A DNA stretch of 30,125 nt from Octopus sinensis (lineage: Eukaryota). Positions 21,440 to 30,125 of the stretch are shown piece after piece. Numbering within the stretch: position 1 is the stretch's first letter; every line of letters begins with the position of its first letter. The position numbers and the translations under genes are program-made. The notes under the pieces are model-generated. The model saw only the letters and a program-made list of their open reading frames with translations. It made no database searches and had not been told where the DNA came from. Location: contig NW_021832871.1 of NCBI RefSeq assembly GCF_006345805.1, forward strand, positions 1 through 30,125, in the 5' to 3' direction.

Positions 21440-22281
21440 GAGGAGTGGCGGGAAACGAGAGAAAGTGGGGGTTTGCTGCCAGGAGCTGGAATGTTACGTC
21501 GATGATGTTGTGTGATCTGTCAGAAGCTGAGAACAAGCGATGAAGAAAAATTAAGGACGTAAGCGACCCATCTTTTAACCGGAGAAATGTGATCCGAATT
21601 CGGTTATCAATCATAGAATATCCAGTCAAAATGACAGCTAATTGAGAAAGTCACTAGGGAATGATTTCGACATGTCGGCTTCCAGCGCCATCTGCTGGAG
21701 CAGTTCTTGAAAGATTACTGCGTTGTAAAGCAAACAACAACAACAAGAGCAATAATAATAATAATCATTTCTTTTATTAGCCTCAGGGGCATAGATGAGA
21801 AGAACGTTACAAGGACAGACAACAATTCGCGTGTGAGGATTTAAGTAAAAGATGGGGAGAAAGGAAAGGAAAACACAGTGAAATACTATTATCATGTGAT
21901 AACATCAATGAAACAGTCCTGATACAGGAGGAAATTCAACTAGGGCCAATCAAGTAATCCCACAGATCCAGGATTATTCTACCCACCAAATGTACGATCC
22001 CTCTCGCCTGCTCTCCAATCAACAGGTGCATATTTAGAGTAGGACCATTCATTATAACCATTTTTGAATGAATAAGACTGGTTTTACATGAAGAGGAATT
22101 TATGCAAAATATGAGAGGTATTCATAAATACGGATTTTTGTAATTCACTTATTTTATAATTTCCGGGATTTTGGTCGACATATTCACAGCCAGTCATATT
22201 TTATTCAGCTGTTTTTTATATCAAAGATGACAAGTTTTTCTCCGAGCATGTGACTGGCTGCGGAATATACGGTATTAAAAA

Positions 22282-22879
22282 GGCGGCGAGCTGGCAGAAA
22301 CGTTAGCACGCCGGACGAAATGCTTAGCGGTATTTCGTCTGTCGCTACGTTGTGAGTTCAAATTCCGCCGAGGTCGACTTTGCCTTTCATCCTTTCGGGG
22401 TCGATAAATTAAGTACCAGTTACGCACTGGGGTCGATGTAATCGACTTAATACCTATGTCTGTCCTTGTTTGTCCCCTCTGTGTTTAGCCCCTTGTGGGC
22501 AGTAAAGAAATAGGTATTTCGTCTGTCTTTACATTCTGAGTTCAAATTCCGCCGAGGTCGACTTTGCCTTTCATCCTTTCGGGGTCGATAAATTAAGTAC
22601 CAGTTACGCACTGGGGTCGATGTAATCGACTTAATACCTATGTCTGTCCTTGTTTGTCCCCTCTGTGTTTAGCCCCTTGTGGGCAGTAAAGAAATAGGTA
22701 TTTCGTCTGTGTTACGTTCTGAGTTCAAATTCCGCCGAGTTCGACTTTGCCTTTCATCCTTTCGGGGTCGATAAATTAAGTACCAGTTACGCACTGGGGT
22801 CGATGTAATCGACTTAATACCTATGTCTGTCCTTGTTTGTCCCCTCTGTGTTTAGCCCCTTGTGGGTAATAAAGAAATA
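22282..22879 (+). mobile_element. tRNA-derived SINE: one head plus three tandem body/tail units (184, 184, 183 bp), flanked by the direct repeat GGTATTAAAAAGG
   Basis: Head with A-box-like AGCTGGCAGAA. Each unit carries B-box-like GAGTTCAAATTCC. Units start at 22329, 22513 and 22697. The direct repeat is at 22271-22283 and 22880-22892. Confidence 0.88.
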
Positions 22880-23495
22880 GGTATTAAAAAGGTCCCAAAA
22901 TAACAGAAATGCATCTGGCGTTCACGCTGGCTGAATTTTCGTCTTTCTCTGATATTTTACGGTATTCTGCAGCATACAAGTCGAATTTTTTTCAGACCAA
23001 AATTTCCAACTGCCCGCCCCACCCTCATCGTAGGCCGACCGTTTTTTGATGACCAAAGCGACGAGTTTTGAGGACCAAAAATTGCCTGTGAAATGCAACA
23101 AAATTTGGAAAGACAGTGACGATGTTTGAACGCTTGCACTGCAAGTTTACTTGGTATATTACGTCAGTATCTATGCTGGAAAATACGGCATTGTGCTTTT
23201 TAAAACAGCAAGTCCATAAATGATTCTAGCTCAAGACAAATACTGCAGTAATTGGCCTATCGAGGTTGTGTGTATACATTAAGTATGTTACATAGAAAGC
23301 TATTTTAATTAAATACTGCCTCAACTGCGTACACGGGATATGTATATGCATGTATTTATATACATACATATATATATATATATATATAATATAATATATA
23401 TATATATATAATATATATAAAATATATATATATATATTATATATATATATATATACTCTTTACTCTCTCTCTTTTATATATATAGACGCGCACAA

Positions 23496-23526
<31 letters not shown>

Positions 23527-23721
23527 TACACACACACACACGCACAAACACGAGTGAGCGCATAAATGCAAAACAAGGTGGAAAAAATAGTACTCGAATA
23601 CCGAAGGTAGAGTAATATGCTTTTATTACAGCTGAAAAAATCTTCACAAACTGTTACTCATTACTCAGAGTTTCATGTTACCGTTCGTCGGACAGTTGTG
23701 ATCAGTATATTTAATATATAT

Positions 23722-24163
23722 GGCGTTTGCGTGGCTGTGTGGTAAGACGCTTGCTTCCCAACCACATGGTTTCGAGTTCAGTCCCCCTACGCGGCACCTT
23801 GGACAAGTGTCTTCTATAGGATCGGGCCGACCAAAGCCTTGTTAGTGGTAGACGGAAGCTGAAAGAAGCTCGTCGTGTATCACACATACATATATATGTA
23901 TGTATATATATATATATGTATATATTTATGTGTGTGTGTGTGTCTTTGTGTCTGTGTTTGTCCCCCACCACTGCCTGACAACCGGTGTTAGTGTGTTCAC
24001 GTCTCCGTAACTTCAACGGTTCGGCAAAAGAGACCGATAGAATAAGAACCAAGCTTAAAAAATAAGTGCTGGGGTTGATTTGTTCGATCAAAACCTTTCA
24101 AATGCGGTGCTCCGGCATGGCCGCAGTCAAATGACTGAAACAAGTAAAACGAAAAAGAAAAAG
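23722..24163 (+). mobile_element. tRNA-derived SINE with an internal (TA)/(TG) microsatellite
   Basis: A box TGGCTGTGTGG, B box GTTTCGAGTTCAGTCC, CORE-like CCTTGGACAAGTGTC, and a tail shared with three other fragments in the window. Confidence 0.8.
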
Positions 24164-24403
24164 GTAAGTTAAATTGCAGCAACACCATAGATTAAGTATA
24201 AAAACAAACTCGACTTAACAGAGCTTAATTTCGATTTGGGGTCCACAGGATTATTTGGGCCCGGCTCATTTCTACTTCGTCAGTCTGCTGATTACTCGCG
24301 AATCGATGCATTTTTAATACGCAGTATGCCCCATTTATTTTTATGTTTCTTGTCAAGTAGTTATTTAACTGAAATTAGAAGCAATTTTGTATGTCTTTTC
24401 ATC

Positions 24404-24633
24404 AGCTGGCAGAAACGTTAGCACGCAGGGCGAAATGCTTAGCAGTATTTCGTTTGGCTTTACGTTCTGAGTTCAAATTCCGCTGGAGTCGACTTTGCCT
24501 TTCATCCTTTCGGGGTCGATAAATTAAGTACCAGTTACACACTGGGGTCGATCTAATCGACTTAATCCCTTTGTTCCCTTTGTCTGTCCTTGTTTGTTCC
24601 ATCTATGTTTAGCCCCTTGTGGACAGTAAAAAA
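24404..24633 (+). mobile_element. SINE monomer, same family as 22282-22879
   Basis: agctggcagaaacgttagcacg...gagttcaaattccgc...gtcgactttgcctttcatcctttcggggtcgataaattaagtaccag...tttagccccttgtggacagtaaa. Confidence 0.88.
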
Positions 24634-25020
24634 TAATATATAAAGCTGAAGTTGTCTGTGTATGGCAGGTTTGGTAGCCTTCAACTAACACTATCTCCTC
24701 CGAGACGCTGAAGCGCAAGTTGAACAAAATTGAGAGTATGATAGAAGGCTTGCTCTTCATTCCGTAGAAGATAAAATTCAAATCGGACCACGTTAACACC
24801 AAAACTTATTTATATCAAAAAGGTGCTTTTTTTCTATGAAAATCCTTATTTTTTTACGATATTTTGACTGCTGTGTCACCATTTTTCAGTGTATTTCAAC
24901 CAGAAAAATGTTTACTTAAAGAGAATAACAAGCTACGTAATGCAAATTTTTTACTTTTCAAATGTTCCAATTTTAAAGGGTCAAAACAAACCCGAGCAAC
25001 GCCGGGTGATACTGCTAGTA
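24634..25020 (-). mobile_element. Putative non-autonomous Helitron-like element (about 390 bp)
   Basis: Minus strand starts TACTAGCAGTATCACCCGGCGTTGCTCGGG and ends ...catacacagacaacttcagctttatatattat. No TSD was found. Confidence 0.55.
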
Positions 25021-25795
25021 TATGTCAAAGGTGAAGAATTTGTATTTAAAGGAGTGTCAGTATATCTTATACCCTAGAAAGGAAACATCTTTCACCGTAC
25101 CAACAAGTGTTGTCACCTCCACTAACATTAACGCAATGCAAACGATTATAAATGATCAATTACAAAGTCTGAACCGCTCCTTATTAATCACCTACTGCAA
25201 GCCTTCTCTCCAGCACCACTAACCATTTAAAACTTGAATGAAAGCAGAAACTGTTGTGCGTGACATCTCCATGGTTTTCAACCATGACCCTACTGGAAAA
25301 AACCGCTAACACTGTATTCGATTTATCACTGATCACAGGAACTGATAGGTTTCTGTCAGGTTCGCTGGCTGCCTCGAAATTTAATCTCACATGAAGATAA
25401 AACAATGCCATGTGAAATAACGTTGAGAGAGTCAGTCAAGGAGCACTACGAATTAACGAGAGAGCACTTACATGACGGCCACGGCTGATGTGCTTCTCGT
25501 CATGCCGCTGTTCGATCAGAGCTGATCTGAGACTGAAGAACAAATACAACAGTAACGTCAAGAGAACTTCTATGCAGTCGACTGACCTGCTAGAAATAGC
25601 AACCAAGTTTCTTTCAAATCACACGCTACGGACTAAAAAAATTGTGACATGTTAGACAATCTACTTTCTGATATGTGTGCGTGTGTGAATATATATATTC
25701 ACACATTCCCTTCCGGTCATTTCAAAATGTAACCACATGTGAATCGTTGGCGATTTTTTCCCCTTCATCTTCCTTTTCTATTGGACTTTCCTCTG

Positions 25796-25828
25796 TTTCT
25801 AAAGAAGAGCTTTGCTCGAAACGTTAAG
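25796..25828 (+). ncRNA. Degenerate minimal hammerhead-like motif (copy C)
   Basis: ttt-CTAAAGA-a-GAGC(ttt)GCTC-GAAAC-GTT-aag; same stem II and palindromic ACGT as copy B; G5-to-A change in the core. Confidence 0.5.
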
Positions 25829-25910
25829 CCATCTTTCCTTCCCTGAGCGTCTGCTAATACTTTACATGTTCCACGTCCTCATATTGTTGTTGTTTTTTTT
25901 TTGCAATCCC

Positions 25911-26230
25911 ATGACTGACCATGGGATTGCACCTAGAAAGTTACCCTCCCAGGCACAAGTCCGAGCAAGGTTGTTTATGGAAGACCAGCAGTCGCCCATG
26001 CATACCGGCTTCCCCTCTCCACGCCACCAGTGTTATCCTAGGGAAAAGCAAAGGCTGATACAGCTTGGCACTTGTGACGTCGCAACTCATTTCTACAGCT
26101 GAGTGAACAGGAACAGCGTGAAATAAAGTGTCTTGCTCAAGAACACAACATGTAATCCGGTCTGGTATTCGAACTCACAACCTCACGATCGTAAGCTCAA
26201 CGCTCTAACCACTGAGCCATGCACCTTCAC
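25911..26230 (-). mobile_element. tRNA-derived CORE-type SINE with a probable RTE-like tail
   Basis: Minus strand: A box TGGCTCAGTGG, B box GAGTTCGAATACC, CORE-like TTCTTGAGCAAGACACTTTA. Tail identity is from memory only. Confidence 0.7.
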
Positions 26231-26738
26231 ACACACACATATATATAATGTAAACAGTATACAGTTACAAGTTACTAATAGTTTCATGCATTGGAGATGT
26301 ATAACACACCTTGCATCTCCAAGTAATTTTCAGGCTGTGAGCACATGGCCTATACAGTTTACAAAGGCTGCAAATTGCTTGGAGACTATATCTGCAGTGC
26401 TTCATCAAATAATATTTATCTCTCACTGGATGGATTACTTTTATTGTTGATCTTACTTTAACGGAAAAGTAAACTATATATATATATATATATGAGAGAA
26501 ATAGGGAGAGAGAGAGATACATATATATATATGCCTACATGTATAATATATAGTATATATAATATATATATATACATACACACATATATATGCCTATATA
26601 CACAATATATATGATACAAGGAGTGAGGATCTAAATCCTTCAAAGGGATGTCAAACATCCAAGTCCACCGATACAATATTTGAAAAATCAATAAAGTATA
26701 AGGAAAGGGGGAAAATATATATAGGAGTAGACGATTTC

Positions 26739-27140
26739 CTGTAGCATTTCCCTTATCCGCCGGAAGTATTATAAGCTACCATCACTTATATGACTTGGCA
26801 ATTTTTCTGAATAGTCAGACTTGTTCATCACCACTGTAGCATTTCCCTTATCCGCCGGAAGTATTATGATGGAATTGTCGTTCTGTAGTCTACTGATAGC
26901 GAACTTTCCTTCCTTAGGGATGTTTGGTTTGGGAAATTTCCCTTTTTCTAGTATCTGTCTCACTTTCCACCTTAGTTCATCTCCTTGAGCTTTTGGTATC
27001 TTTACAGCTATCTCTTCAATAGGGGCTATCATGTCCAAGTAAGGAATGCACTTGATGGTTGTCGCAAACTTGAGACCTTTGTTCAGTACCGCTTCTTCAG
27101 AGCTTTCTAGATGTTGGCTACTTACAATAATTAATTTTTC
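26739..27140 (-). pseudogene. Penelope-like element fragment, region N-terminal to the RT
   Basis: EEAVLNKGLKFA ... KPNI.KE..AI..L..D.SIIILPADKGNATVVMNK.DY are motifs characteristic of Penelope/Poseidon ORFs. The fragment ends in a 34-bp internal duplication. Confidence 0.85.
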
Positions 27141-27336
27141 ACCTATTTCCGAATTACATTACTTGGCGGTTGGAGTTATGGCTGCTCTGTCTAGTGGACG
27201 AATGGCCTGTTAAGGCCATTCCTAAATTGTTATATATTTACATTTTAGTCTCATGACTATTTTTCTTTTCCACTGGGCCGCTGGTAGTGATAAATTTTTA
27301 TCGAATTTTTTACTACCCTAAATTGATTAATATATA

Positions 27337-27368
<32 letters not shown>

Positions 27369-27396
27369 TTATACATGCATACATACATACATAAAT

Positions 27397-27444
<48 letters not shown>

Positions 27445-27635
27445 GTAAAGAGTGAGTGAGGAATAGAGAAAGTGAAAAAAAGCCATATATACAAGTCCCA
27501 AATTGTTGTTGTGGGAGTTTGCTAGTTTATTACTTCGACCCCGATATGAACCTGCTTCTTATTTTATCGACACTAAAACGTTAAAAGTGAATGTTAGCAT
27601 TGGCACAATTCGAACAGGCTGAACAAGATGTATAG

Positions 27636-28025
27636 TTCTACAATAGGCACAAGGCGTGAAATTTGGGCGGGGAACAAGTCGAACTCATCGACCTTCAGTC
27701 TTTGACTGGTACTTAATTTATCGTCCCCGAAATGATGAAAGGCAAAGTCGACCTCGGCTGAATTTGAACTCATTACGTATCGACGGGCGAAATATCTGTT
27801 TCTTTATTAGCCACAAGGGAATAAACATAGAGGGGACAAACAAGGACAGACAAACGGATTACGTCGATTAATCGACCCCAGTGCGTCACTGGTACTTAAT
27901 TTATCGACCCCGAAATGATGAAAGGCAAAGTTGACCTCGGTGGAATTTGAACTCAGTTCTTAGCGACGAACGAAATACGGCTAAGCATTTCGCGCGGGGC
28001 ACTAACGTTTCTACTAGCTTGCCAC
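27636..28025 (-). mobile_element. SINE head-to-tail dimer (family of 22282-22879) with two different tails
   Basis: Head at about 28025. Unit 1 ends ...cccttgtggctaataaagaaaca near 27796. Unit 2 restarts at gatatttcg and ends ...gccttgtgcctattgtagaa. Confidence 0.82.
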
Positions 28026-28103
28026 ATCTGGGTAGGCACGATATAGCAGTAATTGTTGGTCTGAGTCACCTGCGTGTTTATCTGTGTTAGTTTGTGTGTG
28101 TGT

Positions 28104-28139
<36 letters not shown>

Positions 28140-28484
28140 AGAATGTTGAAACTGAGTCACACTTGACTTAACATTAACGACTGCAGGCCTCTTAGTCAAA
28201 AATCAGGTCAGACAGTTTTATATACCTGTAAGCAGCTTTCGTCAACGTCATCATCATAATCGTCATCATCATTATTGTCAAGGCTATACACGCACGCGCA
28301 CTATTACATGTCTGCATTTGTATGTATAGATGTATCAGTAGGTATATATATGGACATACATTATATATATGTATATATATATATATATATATACATATAT
28401 CTATCTATCCGTATAACCACACGTACGTAAATGTATACAAATTATATATATTATATATATATATATGTGTGTATATATATACAC

Positions 28485-28516
<32 letters not shown>

Positions 28517-28914
28517 ATGTGTGTGTGTGTGTGTGGTGTGCGTGTGTATCCATTTATGCATGTCTGTTTGCATATATGTAGAGATATATTTACAAATATC
28601 TATTCATGTATCTGTGTGCATGTATGTATATATATATATATAATATATATATATAGAGAGAGAGAGAGAGAGGACAGAGAGAGAAAGAGTGGGAGAGAGA
28701 GAGAAAGAGAGAGAGAGAGTGAGTGAGTTGTGGTTCAACAAGGCACCAATGTTTATTAGAAATAGCAGTCAGTATAAATGTGACACTATCGTAAAGCTTC
28801 AGGGTTTTTGAACTGGCAAAGACGTGTGAGGGCAAAGAACGTAAAAAAAAAATAACTCGCCTTGCTTCAAGGAATAGCAGTAAATAAATTGACATCCCCC
28901 AGAATTGAATGTAT

Positions 28915-29103
<189 letters not shown>

Positions 29104-29232
29104 ATATAAAAATATATAAAGATATATATACATATGGATGAATACATATATATATATACATGAATTATAGAAGTGATATTTTCATGAACTATACCCGTGA
29201 TATACCCTCCAGCGTTCATCAGGTGTCTTAAT

Positions 29233-29326
29233 CACTATGCCATATGCCCACGGGAATATGGCATAGTGGCTAATGGCGCGGGCTACTAACCCCAACATTC
29301 AGACTTCGATTCCAGGCAGTGACATG
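29233..29326 (+). mobile_element. tRNA-like SINE head with an inverted duplication of its 5' end, followed by (AAT)n
   Basis: A box TGGCATAGTGG, B-box-like ACTTCGATTCC; 13-bp perfect inverted repeat 29233-29245 / 29256-29268. Confidence 0.6.
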
Positions 29327-29461
29327 AATAATAATAATAATAATAATAAAAATAATAATAATAATAATATAATAATAATAATAATAAAAATAATGGAGCA
29401 GTTACCTCGATCCTTTCTAAAATAATAATAATAATGATAATAATAATAATAATAATATAAT

Positions 29462-29491
<30 letters not shown>
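29327..29491 (+). repeat. (AAT)n/(AAC)n arrays
   Basis: Direct reading. Confidence 0.9.
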
Positions 29492-29492
<1 letters not shown>

Positions 29493-29935
29493 TTCTGCTC
29501 AATACCACAGATTTGCTTGTCAGTTGTTTGACCTTAACCAGTTGAGCATGTCCCTTAGTGGCTGACGATATGTGCATCTCTGATCACGAGCAGATGTAGT
29601 GGGGGAGCATCATAGCCATGTGTTGAGAAGGATTCTTTGGGGTTTGAATAATTCACCTCTGGAAACATGGGTGTTTCGTTCAACATCCTTAAACAACCCT
29701 TATTCAGGGACCTTTTGAGCGGGATGGGTTACTCGATCTGAAGAAAATTCTAACTGGGCCCCACCTGCAAGGTCATATGCTGTTTATCTTGATATGAGAT
29801 CACCATGTCGCGCACATATGGTTGTGATGCATTTGCCTGGTGTACCCTTATCAGACGGGTAGTCATGATGGGTATACTGGGCTTCGTATATTTTACCCCA
29901 GTGTCACTTTGATGGCATGCACTGCTCTCTTACTC
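29492..29935. other. High-complexity block of about 440 bp between two (AAC)/(AAT)n arrays; probable unclassified interspersed repeat
   Basis: Sharp boundaries with trinucleotide arrays on both sides and no convincing ORF. Repeat status cannot be shown from a single copy. Confidence 0.35.
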
Positions 29936-30062
<127 letters not shown>

Positions 30063-30125
30063 TCATAATGGCAACATCGAAAAGTACCTGAGGAATGAGA
30101 GCCCACGTTTGAAATTTCCACCAAA

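Noticed and set aside
21440-21760. GC-richer stretch with a possible splice acceptor and a short frame (FQELLQQMALEADMSKSF) as a host exon
   Set aside because: The frame closes after about 25 codons, with no donor or recognisable homology. It needs RNA-seq.
22187-22260. 13-bp inverted repeat (CAGCCAGTCATAT / ATGTGACTGGCTG, 1 mismatch)
   Set aside because: Short and imperfect, with no TSD or second copy; it cannot be assigned.
22329-22879. Regular 184-bp tandem array that could be taken for a CRISPR array or satellite
   Set aside because: The units are SINE bodies with B-box-like motifs. There are no unique spacers or cas genes, and the context is eukaryotic.

Overview
AT-rich, microsatellite-dense animal genomic DNA. 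The repeat families look like those of an octopus or other coleoid cephalopod; this is inferred from memory, not from a search. No host protein-coding exon could be supported. The window contains two initiator tRNA-Met genes (338-409 and 1168-1239, minus strand). It also has two convergent copies of one L1/Tx1-type non-LTR retrotransposon: a 5'-truncated copy at 5178-9142 (+) and an apparently full-length copy at 15183-21364 (-) with an open ORF1 and a frameshifted ORF2. Both copies sit inside (TATC)n arrays in the same polarity. Other content: two Penelope-like element fragments, four hammerhead-ribozyme-like motifs, several tRNA-derived SINEs (some head-to-tail multimers), two Helitron-like non-autonomous elements, and long palindromes. 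The best candidate for an undescribed system is a (TATC/GATA)n-targeting Tx1-like LINE whose 3' stem-loop tail is shared with a local SINE family and echoed in its own 5' UTR. All alignments and identities were done by eye.
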